A stretch of 58,235 nt of DNA, the filler included, from Sluysia triapertura (Eukaryota), in NCBI GenBank assembly GCA_046118255.1. It is 4 parts of 4 records of this genome, joined end to end, with 100 filler letters (N's around TTAATTAATTAA, not from the genome) between each part and the next. Parts side by side here need not be neighbours in the genome. Positions count along the whole stretch, not along the records: positions 1 to 15,149 come from JBJNIA010237553.1; positions 15,250 to 29,967 come from JBJNIA010250865.1; 2 more parts are not named here. One strand, written 5' to 3'. Below the pieces are notes generated by a model, which made no database searches, was not told where the DNA came from, and saw nothing but the letters and a program-made list of their open reading frames with translations. Made by a program: the position numbers and the translations under genes. The stretch's first letter is position 1. Every line of letters starts with the position of its first letter. This document shows positions 13,321 through 26,799 of the stretch, piece by piece.

Positions 13321-14338
13321 ACTCTATTCGATGGAATTATGTCAACTATACGTACAGGAACCAGACCAAAAATGTCAAAAGAATCACTTGGATTTAATCG
13401 AGAACAAGTGTCAGCCATTCAGAAGTTAAAAAATTCGAAAAATAATTATGATCGTTTAGGCTTAAATCCTGGTGCTACTAAGTTAGTTTCTTTATAATAT
13501 TACCCGTGGTACTAGATTTATTTAACCTTTTCACCAATGAAATTCATATGTGACAGTGACACATTATTATTTACTAAGTACTTTAAAAGAAATGTAATGT
13601 TAATAAATGATATTTTAAAATATTAAAATATATTTTACATAATTTAAGATACACTAAGAAGTTAAATTTAATTTCAAAATACATAAAGATTATAATTCAA
13701 GTAAGCATAATCATGTAACAACGAAGAGTAGGAAAAGTAGTTATATCGGATTAACTCTTTTGGATCTTAGTAAATTTCGTGTAAATCTATTAAAATACGA
13801 ATAATTGAAAAATATCACGAGAAATTTAATTGTCAGATTGAAATTATGGTTGGTGACATTGATAGTTTCTTTTTAAAATATAGTATTATTAATTTAAAGA
13901 TGGATTACTTGATAGATCATATCATGATCAAAATCATCCAATGTTTAGTAATAAATTTCAAAATACAATCGGTGTTACGTAATGCGCATAAAATAGTATT
14001 ATTCAGGATATTATTAGAAACACAGCTTTATTAACTACTTGAATAGATAGAATGTGTCATATGATTTTAGTTTAAAATTACTGTCGTTAAAATAAAGGTG
14101 TATTTTTAGATAATAATTATTTCTGAACAAATTTTTCAACATATGTATCATTTGAAGAAATTGTAAAATTAAATAATATTTTCATTAGTTAAATTTATTT
14201 AGAGAAGAAATTAATAAAGCATATCGAAGATTAGCAGTTATTATACATCCTGATAAAAATGTGGCACCTGGCAGTGAAGAAGCATTTAAATTATTAGTTG
14301 CAGCGCGTAATGATTTGTTAAATTTAACTGGAACTTGA
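13321..14338 (+). CDS. DNAJC27: DnaJ homolog subfamily C member 27 (RBJ), last two exons: 13321-13481 and 14203-14338
   Basis: Spliced (GTTAGT..AG, phase 2): TLFDGIMSTIRTGTRPKMSKESLGFNREQVSAIQKLKNSKNNYDRLGLNPGATKEEINKAYRRLAVIIHPDKNVAPGSEEAFKLLVAARNDLLNLTGT*. Matches the RBJ C-terminal J-domain (HPDKxVAPGSE). AATAAA at 14344. Confidence 0.92.
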
Positions 14339-15084
14339 TATAAAATAAATTGTACATGTTTTATAAGTTTAATAAATAAGTTATTTATTAATTTTTAATA
14401 ATTACTGTAATGAGTTCTGTAACTTTTACGTTGTTATCATTTAAGTTGTAAAATTAGTAATTTTGTCTATTATTTGATAAATTTTTTAATTCTAGAAAAT
14501 TTTTTCTCGGTTTAAGGCTGTATAAAAAGTAAAATGTTAAAATTTGAATTGAAACTAGTTTAAAATTATTACTTAAACACTAAACGCAAAAAGTTAAAAC
14601 TGCCGAATAACACAAAATTTACCACTCTCACTAAATGACAGTCTTTGAAATGTACAAGTTGATTTTTTATTTTCTCATATATAATTAAATAAAAAGCACT
14701 TTTTAATTATTTTGCTTTTGACTGCTGGATTGAATAGAATCTGCCTTGATGCTAAATTCATCTAAATGTAAACCCATTAATAGTTTAGAACTCTTGTAAT
14801 TTGAAGTGTTGGAAAGTGAGTATAACATTTTTTTAATTGTTGATAATAAAATTGGTTAGTTTTTTCATTTATTTTATCCAAATTAAATGTCTTTTGTTAC
14901 GTAGGCATCTATTTTGAATGAAATTGCAATGAAATAGTACTGTTGCTTTTATTTGATTCACTTGATTCTGACGACCTTTTTACCTTTTCAGTTCTTTAGA
15001 CCGGTTTTTCGAACTCATTTTTAAATTCTGAAGTTGCCACCATTAACAAATTAATATTGACAAATTTATAATATCTGAAATTAA

Positions 15085-15085
<1 letters not shown>

Positions 15086-15149
<64 letters not shown>

Positions 15150-15249
15150 NNNNNNNNNNNNNNNNNNNNNNNNNNNNNNNNNNNNNNNNNNNNTTAATTA
15201 ATTAANNNNNNNNNNNNNNNNNNNNNNNNNNNNNNNNNNNNNNNNNNNN

Positions 15250-15290
<41 letters not shown>

Positions 15291-15300
15291 CATTATTATT
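15086..15300. repeat. (AAT)n/(ATT)n tracts flanking an assembly spacer
   Basis: Directly visible on both sides of the gap at 15150-15249. Confidence 0.9.
15150..15249. other. Artificial contig spacer
   Basis: 44 N + TTAATTAATTAA + 44 N; stop codons in all six frames. Confidence 0.95.
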
Positions 15301-15319
15301 TTATGATTAATGGCTTATA

Positions 15320-17250
15320 TTATGTTTCATTTTCATTTATTCTCACATAATAATATTATAATGCTAGATATTTTATCATTCTTATCTGTAAAATGGATAT
15401 TTAGTGTAGCATACGGTTTACATTCTGTTTTTAAAGTCGTAAGTATATGTTTTTTTGGACTGTATGTTTGCTTATTTGTTGTGAACTTATCAATCTTTAT
15501 ATTATTTTATTACTTAATCTCTAATAATTTCTTCGAAGCATTAATATTTCTAAAAGAATCCTTTATTACAAGTTACCGACTTTCTAATGTAAACCTTTCT
15601 AATAATTGATACTCACTAAATAATTCCTCGGTTTTTTATAAATCAAAGATAAACAACAGAAGGTTTATCAACAAAAATAAAAGAAATACACAAACGATAA
15701 TAATAATATTATAATTTAATATATTAAGTTGGATACTTAATATAGAATAAAAGTTTAGTTTTGATTTTAAATCTAGCTTTAAACTAGCTACTAAAATTTA
15801 GTATATTAGGTGGATTTTAAACCATCATTTAAGGTGGGTAAAATTTAATAAATGAATCTTGGTGTTTTAAAATTCTTGTTAAAATCTATTCTCGAAGTGT
15901 TGGATGAGTTTTGCACCAGTGATGTCATATTTGCGTTAACCTTAAAGTTAATGAAATGTTCAAAATTTTGAAATTATGATTATTCCAGGAAGTTAATATT
16001 CATTTATTTCTCAAAGTTGCGATGTCAAATGTTTCTTTTTGTTTTTAATGTTTAATAATTTATAATCCTTTTATAGTAATTATTTATCCTAAAAATATTT
16101 AACTACTTAATTTTCTGTAAACATTATTAAATTCATCATTAATTTTAATTTTTGTTATCCTAAGCAATAAATTTAATTTCAATAATTGTTTAAATATTTA
16201 TTACCATTTAATTTTTTATCAGGGATTTAATTCATTAATTATTTAAATATTTGTTAACAATTAATGTTTTAAGAAATAATAAANNNNNNNNNNNNNNNNN
16301 NNNNNNNNNNNNNNNNNNNNNNNNNNNNNNNNNNNNNNNNNNNNNNNNNNNNNNNNNNNNNNNNNNNNNNNNNNNNNNNNNNNNNNNNNNNNNNNNNNNN
16401 NNNNNNNNNNNNNNNNNNNNNNNNNNNNNNTCAACAAAGTTTAATAAAAATTTTATTTTAACATAATATACATTTTCAAAAATTCATTAAAAACACTTTT
16501 TACACAATCCTATGTCAATATAACACTCACCCCCAAAATTTACAACTGACATTTTTAAATTCACAATTTAATACAAAAATAATTAAAATCATATTCTTTT
16601 CAACACCACACAACAACCTTGTAAAATTCGTCACAACCGCTTTTATGTCTTATTCCTTTTACCAAAACCGCTCTCATTTTTCAGGCACTTCAGATCTACC
16701 ATCTCATAACATACATACCATCAATTTATACAAAAAGTTCATCAAAAATATTTTATTCGACATTTCATAACAATCCAACTACAACCACATTCGAAATTAA
16801 CTACCAGAACCCTTCAAACTAATGCGAACATTCTAAATTCATGATTCCTTATCTTTTAAATCCTAACAGCTAAACATTACTTTCATACAAAACTCTAACG
16901 TATATTTATTATTCATTTTAAACAGTCATTATTTCGAAATATTTAAATCATAATCTTTCAATACTCAAGCTCATCTTCAGCTAGAAACATTATTTCATTT
17001 GGAACATCAATGTGTATTCTAACATCCACATAAAGCATCCATACTGTTTCAAAATATTTAAAACCTAAATTTATTTTCACTTGAAATGAATAAATAGCAT
17101 TAAAAATTACACTAAAACGCTTTACGCATTATCTTATAACATCAGCGTCACTATTACACCTTAAAACCTTATCCAAAACACGTAACATTAAGCTGTAACA
17201 TCATAAATTCACAGCTTTTTGAAGCTCTTTTGTTTTAATAATTTAAGTAT
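15320..17250 (-). mobile_element. Heavily decayed LINE reverse-transcriptase remnants (discontinuous)
   Basis: Fragments such as HFTDKNDKISSII (~15350-15390), DVPNE (GVPQG-like, ~17000) and LGVSVID (~16520); many stops. Confidence 0.35.
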
Positions 17251-18904
17251 GTTAAGAAGTTTGAAAGGAACAAAAGAAAGATTATGTTGATATTAAGGAT
17301 TTACAAGAATTTATGCGTAATAATAATATTGTTATTATTATTCTATTTTATAATAATAATAGTGATAAACAAAAATTATATAACATTAGATTTTTTAGAT
17401 TGTTTTTCATCAATAAAATTTTGTGTGTTCATAAATTTTCTTTTAGTAATTATAAAGTTTCGATTTTAAATTTTAATTGGATTTTGGCTAACACGATAAA
17501 AGTTAGTAACAACATGTTTCGTTATAAATTTAAGCCAAACTTAATAACAAAATATATAAAACCACAACATCAATTAATAAAAATGAAGTGAAAACCAGGG
17601 ATGACGTAAAACTAAGAAAAATATTAACTGTTATTCACGTTTATTCCTTAATAATAATCGAATATAAATTTCCAATGAACAACACAAAAACAAAAACTAT
17701 TTTAATAAAATCTCCCAAAAAATAATATTAATTTTAATTATGAAATAAATTCAAAAATTACTTAAAAAAAGGATCTTCTCATTTGCATTACAAATTGTTG
17801 TTGTTGTGAAGTAAAATTTTTAAGTATTCTTTTTTGTATTTTTTCATCATTCAATCACTGCAACATTCATTGAGAATTCATCCGGCAATAATAACTTTTA
17901 CAGTTACATGGTAGAGACTCAAACTTTATTAGATATAAAACATAACATATTGATTTATGATTATCTATTATTTTCCTTTAGTCTACTCGATCTACTTTTA
18001 CGTAAATTACTTTTCACATTAAAATAACAATCATTATTATTGTTAACATACATAAAAAATAACGAATTTAATTTTAGTTTTTAGAATTTAATTGATTTTC
18101 TATTTTTCACACCCAATTTTTTTAATGAAAAATGTTTAAGGTTTTTATTCTCAACAAGTCACTCTACAAACATTTCAAACTCACTTCCAGATTCTCCTCT
18201 TTTATAGCAATCATCTCATATTCAATTCATTATATTTTCAACCGGTTCATTTAATCGATCGAATACCAAAAACTTGGCGAAGTAAAATACATTATAAATA
18301 TTAGCTTTGTTTTTGAAGATCCATAAATCTGAAATCTTCAAACACAGAAATTAGTCAATTAGTGAATTATTGTCACTAAGGAATACGAAGATGAATTTCA
18401 ATAGACTGTAAAAATTTTAACTTACAAATAATTTAGTACTAAAAGCAAGAAATAATACTTTAAAATTAAACAGACTCAGAAATATCATATTAATAACTGT
18501 TTCCGGTGTGAATACGAAAAAGTATAGAGTATATGATGGTTGGTTCCCAATAAAGGAAATGGTTAAAACTAGTTGACAACGAATCTGTAGCATAAAAGTT
18601 CAGAAATGTTCAGAAGACACAAGAAGATCTATCTATAACTTTAATGTCTATATTCTAGCAAGTTATATCTAATCTATATTAAAGTTCCATTAGACAGTGA
18701 ATCAAACTTCGAAAAAGCCAGAAATATAAATAGGAAAAATTCATTCGAACTTAGTAAAGAAATTTCCTGAAGAACGATAGATAATAAATCTATTATTATT
18801 AATAAAACAAAATTTGATTAAACAATTTATTATTAATATACTATTTTTTCATACAAATATTATATAAGAAAATCAATGTTAAAAATAATAGAAAGAAGCA
18901 TCAA

Positions 18905-19816
18905 ATGAATTTAGTAAGAAGTGAAACGAATATATTTTTAACTGATCCAAGTTACTATTACGGTTCTAGAAATATATCCGATAGTTATGAATCATTAAAT
19001 TGTAAACCAGAACGCAGAAATTCGTCAACTAGTGTTAACAATATCGAAAATAATGATCAAATTCATAAAACGGCTTCATTACAAATATTTTCAACAGATT
19101 ATGATTCAAAGTATCCCTCTTTTCCTCCAAACAGTTCAACATATTATATGACTAATTCAAATCTAACTGATTTTACGAAAAAAAAAGAAAAGAAATTCAT
19201 TTCTGAATTACATATTAACATCCGAGATCCAAAGTTTAATAAATTCAATCTTGATGATGATAGTAAAAGTTCCAACGGTAGTAATCATTTACACTGTTCA
19301 ACTTTCGAAACATTTATCAACGCTACAGATTTTAATATTAATAAATTCAATGATGATGTACATTATCAAGAATTATCGTATACTACTACCAGTTCATCGT
19401 CATCGCATACGCCGTCTTATAAACAATGTTTTGATGAAAATGTTTCTAACTGTCGAAAAGAATATCATGCGGAAAAATTTATATTTTTAGGTGGTGGTGA
19501 TGGTTCATTTAATGTTTATCCATCAAAATTTTCATCAGATAATGAATTAAAAATAGCCGAAATACATGATAGTGATATTAATATGGAGAATATGCACTTG
19601 ACTAATAATAAATCAGTTGATTTAAGTCATGTAGATCATTATAAAATTACACGATCTGAATCTAAATCATATTATAGTAACAGTAGTAGTAATAGTAAAA
19701 ATAGTAAACAATATAGTGTTAAATCTGTACAAACAACGAAACGGTTTGATTGTTTAATAAAAAATGTTTGTGATAGATCAATGATAACAGATGATTGGGA
19801 ATTATTACTAAATAAA
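18905..19816 (+). CDS. Large Ser/Asn-rich coding exon, probably the exon upstream of the TLDc domain
   Basis: A 310-codon open frame in very AT-rich DNA. Perfect phase-0 donor AAA|GTAAGT at 19817 after IKNVCDRSMITDDWELLLNK. The 5' boundary is uncertain. Confidence 0.7.
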
Positions 19817-20309
19817 GTAAGTGATTGTGGATTATAATTTTTGCAACATATTAAGTATTTAAAATAATACACAAATTTTAAGAAGCTAAGATTACAATCA
19901 ATAATGCTGATTAGATGAAGCTTCATCAATGAAACATTTTTTTAAATAAGGAACATTTAACCTATTAGTTTTATAAATTAAACAGATAAATACAGGGAAA
20001 AATTTTCTTTTATAGAATATTTCTTATTAATGATATTCTATGGAAATAACAAAAATGTTTAAAAAAATAATGTTAACTTTATAAAATAAATAATTTTCAG
20101 TCATTTATACTAAACTTATCAGTAGCTTCACATATGTCGTCCAATTTTTCCATACTTTTTAGGTATTTTATAATTACTTCAGCTTTGTCAGCATAATAAG
20201 GCAGTTTTTCATCTAAATTTTTATTTCTTAAATTTCACTTACCAACTAATACTAGAAATAAAGGTCTTTGGGTATCAATGCTTTGGTTTATCCCTATCCA
20301 ACATCAACA

Positions 20310-20615
20310 TTTAGACGCTGCAGAAGCCACCAGAATGATTTGTTGCGTTTGTGGAGAAGTATTTTGAAGAATTTTTCGACCAAAATCACTAAGTTTCTTC
20401 AAACGTTGGATTGACAAACTGCCAAAGCGGTGGAAGGAAGTGATCGCGATTGTGGTGGAGAATATCTTAACGATTGACACTAAGATATTTGTTTTTTCTA
20501 ATGATTTAATAAATTCATTTTGTTAACTGAACTTTTTTGCATGTTTTTTATTCTTGATCAGTATGCTTTTTTTCTAATTGTAATAAACCGCACGAACTTG
20601 GGAAATATGCAAATG
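20310..20615 (+). mobile_element. Internally deleted mariner element
   Basis: N-terminal AAEATRMICCVCGE is joined to C-terminal EEFFDQ..SFFKRWIDKLPKRWKEVI..GEYLND*. TIR-like AACCGCACGAACTT at ~20586. Confidence 0.7.
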
Positions 20616-20848
20616 AGATAAAGAGATAAACTTCCTTCGCATAATAATGCAACTAACAATATAACGTATTCATCGTACTCATCAAACGCATATAACAATC
20701 AATAATGATATTCATTTAATGTTTAATTAATGTTCGTTCTACAAAATTCGGATGTTTATATACTATTTTATTTTCGTTCACAATATATGACTAATAACTA
20801 TTCAATTTCCATCATATAGTGACTTCTCAGTAATACACTTCCATTTAA

Positions 20849-20885
20849 CCCTGCGGAGGTCGCTTGTATATCTCGTATACACTAA
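20849..20885. mobile_element. Isolated piggyBac-like terminus
   Basis: TTAA|CCCTGCGGAGGTCGC followed by an imperfect palindrome TGTATATCTCGTATACA; no partner end found. Confidence 0.4.
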
Positions 20886-20969
20886 CATAAGCATGTCTAG
20901 CTAGACATGATCTTCAAGCAATAAGCCAAATATAAACAAGAGTATTGAAAAAATAAAATTGTTTGTATA

Positions 20970-22150
20970 TATTAAATCAGTCGCTACCTGGTGTTTTTCA
21001 CCAGGTTTGTAAAATATAATTGTTCAGATTGTAAGTTTAAGAATATATCTTGGGTGGCTCTTTACTACATACAATTCTGATGTATTAAAACATAGAGGTC
21101 TGATATATTCATCAGAGATAATGGAAGCAATTTCATTAACCTTTAGAATATGAATTTATTGCAGTGTGCTGGAAACCGATTTTTTAAACTCAAAGCTGTC
21201 TACTTATGAACCCTTTTTGGTGAACAATTCTACTGTCCATGGGACGATTTTTTAATTCATAAAAATATTACTATAGTGATTCATAAAACATTTTATAACA
21301 TTCGTACCCTAAAGATTTCTGACTGATAGTGTTTTGTATCGATATTTTCTATATTATTACTGTTCAGATTTTATCTTAAAAAACCTAACAATTATAATTT
21401 TAACTGCTATTGGGTTCGCCTATAATCCAAGTTTTATATCCAACGGAAGACTTAGTTATAGATATGTCAAAATCTGCGAAAAGTATTTCTTAACTTCAAA
21501 AATGGAGGGTCTCTTTTTATATATGTCCCTAACTTATTCTTTAATAAATCAAAAGATTATACACGTAGTACGAATGTACTCTAAGAAGTTTTATTAATTA
21601 AATCAAATAATACAAATGGAATAATTTTACAATGATACACAAATAAAACAGAATAATTTGTGAAAGTAATATATGATAAATAATTTAGTAATTTAAGATT
21701 TCTCTTAAATGAAAATATTGATGATTTTAGAAAAGATTTTAACTCAGAGTTAATCTTTGAGTTTCAAAAGTTTTAAAGTTTAAGTGGATTTTAATACAGT
21801 GTATTACTGTATATAAACTTATAAAAAATAGCTTACGATAATTAACAACTGGTCCAAATGAAATTTTTCTATTAAACAGCAAATCTGGTATACGAATTCA
21901 CAAGACAATTCTTCTTAAACGAACTATCCAGTAATATCAAATCGAATCGATAATTTTCCAATGACCCAAATAATTTCCTTTGAAAAAGACACTGATGAAT
22001 ATCAATGTCCAAATCGAATTTTTCTTCAAATAATTCTACTCTATCGGAAGACGAATACCGAAATAAAATTACCACGAATAATAATTTTTTTGAACAAAAA
22101 TCCTTCTTCGATTAATATGATCCGTACCAACTCCAAAAGTGTTTTTTAAA
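20970..22150 (-). mobile_element. Decayed Ty3/gypsy pol (RT-RNase H) remnant
   Basis: Minus frame ..RYILKL..IFYKPGEKHQVA.. resembles the RNase H end (RW.L.L..Y..I.YKPG..N.VAD). Upstream FGSLENY and KNFIWT are RT-thumb-like. Confidence 0.4.
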
Positions 22151-25100
22151 ATTTGTAAAAATTATGTAGTAGTTAGAAAACTTATGTTGTGTTTAAAATA
22201 ATCGTAAACTATTTATACCCAAAATCCGTATCGAAATTTATTAGATAATTAAATTAGACATATTAATTTTTTATTTTATTGTAAAGATCCGACAATTATT
22301 TTAATATATAAAATTACATTTCATTTACAATAATTAATAGATAAAATTAAAGACATATTAATTACAATAAAATTGTTTTAATTATCGAATAGATAAAATT
22401 ATTAGATATTTTAATTACAATAAAATTTTATCTAATTTTAATTGTTTTTTGTACTTTTTAATTAAAATTTTCTTCTAATTAATAAATTTTGATTCTCTAT
22501 ATTTTTAATATTTACACAATTACATTATAATACGTAAATTATAATACATAAAATAAATTATAATACATAAAATTTAACTTCAACACAATAATTTTAATGA
22601 AACATTAAATGATTATTACAAATTTGGATTATAAGCTGTGTGATTTTAAAGTGTATAATAATATAAAAATTGTGTTTGTGTTATGATCTGCTATTTTTTG
22701 TTGAGGTGAAGTTTGTTTAGGATTTTATTTATAAGTTTGTTGGATTGTGTTGATGATTGTTTTATTTTGCATTTATTTATATTTTATTATTTATATTTAA
22801 AATTTTAAAATTGTAAATAATTATAAAAATTTATAAATATTATTAAAAAATTGCAAAAAGTTATTATTATTATTATTCTTTAAAAAATTGTAATTAATTA
22901 TATTAAAAAATTATATAAAAAGTTTAATTATTAAAAAATTAATTACCAAAACAGAATGTTCTGGATCAAAATGTTTTAATAAATCAAATTTATACATATG
23001 ACTCTTTATAGTCATAAGACTATAAAAAGATACACAAAGAACATCAGAGCGACCATTTTGATATTGAATTCAGTGATTTAGTTATTCAAGTTTCAAATAT
23101 TTCCATCAATCCAAATATCCGCAACAACATTTTGATCTCGAACTTTCGATTAGAGAGGTCGCAATTTTTAATTATCTTTTATATTAAGAAGTAAGTTTAT
23201 TTTAAATAATTTGTAGACTCGCAAGAGTTAAAATATCGACTTAAACTATTTAATTTTCACTTGGTCATTAAGGCCAATTATAATGTAATACCAAAATCTA
23301 AGATCATTATCTTTTCGTTGGCCCTTAAGATCAATTACAAAATAACCTTAGATAAATAGAGTCTTCGGGTTAGGTCTTTTTGTATTACAAATTCTATTAT
23401 TGTTATCAATTTTCTTTTATATTATTATCGTCTTTTGGTATAAATTATGTTGTAAAATCAATATTTTTGTTTTTAGTTTGATATAATACATTTTATAATA
23501 TTTGTTAATTTTAGTATAAAAATTTGAAGAATTTAACGATACATGAAGTAATTAAGTAAGGTTACAATATAAATTAGTTATATTATTTTACTAAAATAGT
23601 CGTATATTCTAGAATTATTAAAGACTTACTCTTAAATCTTGTTTATAAACAAATATGTCAAACTTGTAGATAATTTATTGTATAATTCATTGTTTATAAA
23701 TGTGTATAAATTAAAGTTATTAAATATTAAAGAATAATATAAAAAGTTATTTTAGTAAAAAAATTGTTAGTAGAAATTTAATAATTTTTAATTTTATGTT
23801 AATAGAAATTTAGAAATTTAATAATAATTTTATTCACAATCAAAACATTATCAGTTAAATGTTTTCGTAATTAAAAATCATTTATATTATCTTAAAAAAC
23901 TTTCACATAAAATTGATCCGTATTGTCAATATAGGTTACGTATGTTTACAAATTTATCCACATTTGTTCATGAAAGTTTTACATTTATAAAATTTATTAG
24001 ATTTTATCTTCAATAAAATAATCGGCATAAAAAAATAATAAAATTAATAATTACCTGAAAGTAGTAGTAAAAATTGATATAAAAAGGAGAACCAAACATT
24101 AATCGCTCACACAATTTCACGTTTTGTCATGAACAGTGTTGTGGAAAATTTCTAATTCAACAGTTCACGATTACTGAATAATTTGATTTCTAGTTTATAA
24201 TAGCAGTTTCTTCAATCCCGATTATTCGAGAATTCAATTTTAATCTTCTTGTTGAACAATATTCTTGGAAAATTAATTGATCTTTTTCAACTCAAGTCCA
24301 TGAATACGCAAGCTGGCTTTTATTAAGTTTAAGCTTATTAATCATTTCACTTAAATCCAAGTATTCACCTGGATTATAATCATTTAAGATGCTTTTAAAT
24401 CAGCAGCAATCCTGTATTGTTATATTATTATTTTTATTATATTTATATCCAATTGTAAAAATTAAATAATTATTTTCTTGTAGTAATAAAACTTAGTGTT
24501 TTGTTTATTGACTTTATTAAATAACATAGACGTAAAAGAATTTTAGCGAATTAGGATAAATACAGTTCGTACATTTCTGCCACATAAATCTAAAAGTAGT
24601 TTGTTAAAGAAACCATTTAAGGATTGTTATTGTTATTTTCATCCTGTGATTACGTCTTCCTTGAGATACAAATCTTAAATCACAGGCGAACCCGTTCCTT
24701 ATTATTATAATTGTTTCTACTAAAGGAAAAAAGTAGAACAAACGTAGAACTTACGTATAATAAATACATCTATTTAATATTTTTTCCACGAATTCTCGTA
24801 ACGCACATTTAAGTGAAATACATCTTTTGCATATTTTCACGTTATTTACAGTTACGCCATCAGTAAGTCGTATACTGTAAAAGGACTCTGAATATTAATC
24901 TATTTTGCTGATAGGTAAGTTTTAGAGTTAAAAGAAAACAGAAACCCAGCAATTGTTTATCATTGATGCGCCTTGATTTTGAACTCACCACAGTCATCAT
25001 CACTATTACTGTCATCAAAAAACACCTGCGAGACTTGCGAGATAGGGCATGTTCCAGAGAACCAGATATAAACGCATTATTACACGAATAACTAATAATT

Positions 25101-26040
25101 AAAACAAAATCCTTTTCAATTGTAAGCATTACATTATTACATAATTACAGATTAATCGATCAAATTAAAATAAACTTAATTACACAATTAAATGTAATCC
25201 TAAGTACTAAAGCAATTGTAATACATTCAAACCTGTTTTATGCGATCTCATATTAAGAGTTTTTGAAATTTGTTCCGATTAGCATTACGATAGTAATAAA
25301 ACTAATGACAATCATGATAACAATGATGGCAAAACGGTTGTTACAAAACGTTCAAAGCAATGAAATATTAGTTGTAATTCGTAGATGAGAAGAGGTTTTG
25401 AGAGGTATAGTCAGTGTCGACTGTGCTTTGACATGTTTCTGATACAATGAAATCATGGTTAATGGCACAAATTACAAGAATCTTTTATATATCATTGTTT
25501 AAAACTATAATTGCAATAAGCTAAATGATAAAATAATGCTACAAACTAGTAAAGTATAAAACCAAAAAACTAAAAATCAAATATTTGATTTTCAAAAACA
25601 TTTCAATTCCAAAATAATTCAAACAAATGATTGTCTTCATATTGATTAAAGACTATGGTAAAAATGCACATTTGAAAAATCTAATTATTTCTATTTTTCT
25701 TGTTGCAAATTATGCAAATACTGATAATATAATCAATTAGTAGTTTATCTGATGTACAAATAAAATATATTCATCAAATAAATGTTCTATTTTATGTACA
25801 CATTTTTCTATATTAAATTTTTTTGGATATTTTTTTTGTTTTGTTTACCATACATTATCAACTCAAAGTTCAAATTATATTAATACTAATAATAATCAGT
25901 ACTGATGAGTCATTACACTATTGGATCACAGCCTACTTTTAATTACATTTTTTGTATTGCATTTTATACAAAATACCGACCCTATTATCCTCAAAATAAT
26001 ACAGTAAATAATGAATTATCGATATTATTTACATTTCATC

Positions 26041-26063
26041 TTCATCATCATCATCATCATCAT
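26041..26063. repeat. (CAT)n microsatellite
   Basis: Directly visible. Confidence 0.85.
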
Positions 26064-26799
26064 TTTTTCAATACATATGTTCTCAATGGATTTGGATATC
26101 ATATGGTTTTATGACTCAATTCATGCATATATATGTATGTATCTATGCATACTAGTTGTATACTTTTATTTGTAGTAATTCCAAGTAGTTGTGCAGTTCT
26201 CTTATGTTAAATGAAGCTTTAAATCGATAATCGAACATACAATCAAGCATGTTATAATTAAACTACACTCCAGCTAGAACAAAACTAAATATTTTTTTTA
26301 TTTTCCTTCATTCAATATAAACAATAAGGTATATTAGTCACCGTTAATTTGAACGTTTTTTCTTCCTATCCTTTGTAATTATTCTTTATATCCATCTTCA
26401 TTTCATTTTATCCATTTCAATTTTATCCGAAATCTCTGAATAACTCATCACTTGTCATTTTTATTTTAAAAAATAATTAATTAGATTGATTTTATGTTTT
26501 AACAGAATCGTTTATATTTTAATTTGTTTCAATTATGATTTTTATTTAAAAATATGGGATTTAATAAAATTAATAAATGCGCCATGAAGCATTTGTTTGA
26601 AAGCAACTTTATGAGGCAATTAGTTAACAATATACAAAGGCGAAATACACAAATATAATGATTTCAATAAGTATCTTACGTATTATGCTTTAAGATTTAA
26701 AAGATACTTTAGTTTTATTATATTTTAAATATATTGAATATCGGACTTTTTAAACGAAATGTTTCAACAGTGACTTGTCTCTGTTAGATTAAAATGTCT

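Noticed and set aside
23090-23150. Last TLDc exon (minus strand DIWIDGNI)
   Set aside because: Immediate stop, no acceptor, no C.TF.N or E.W motifs, and it lies on a different contig.
24860-25130. 89-aa minus ORF or exon with a GTGAGT donor
   Set aside because: No consistent frame or recognisable product; cannot be supported without transcript data.
25900-25945. CTGATGAG as a hammerhead ribozyme core (also CTGATGA at ~43367)
   Set aside because: No stem II closed by GAAA and no supporting helices.
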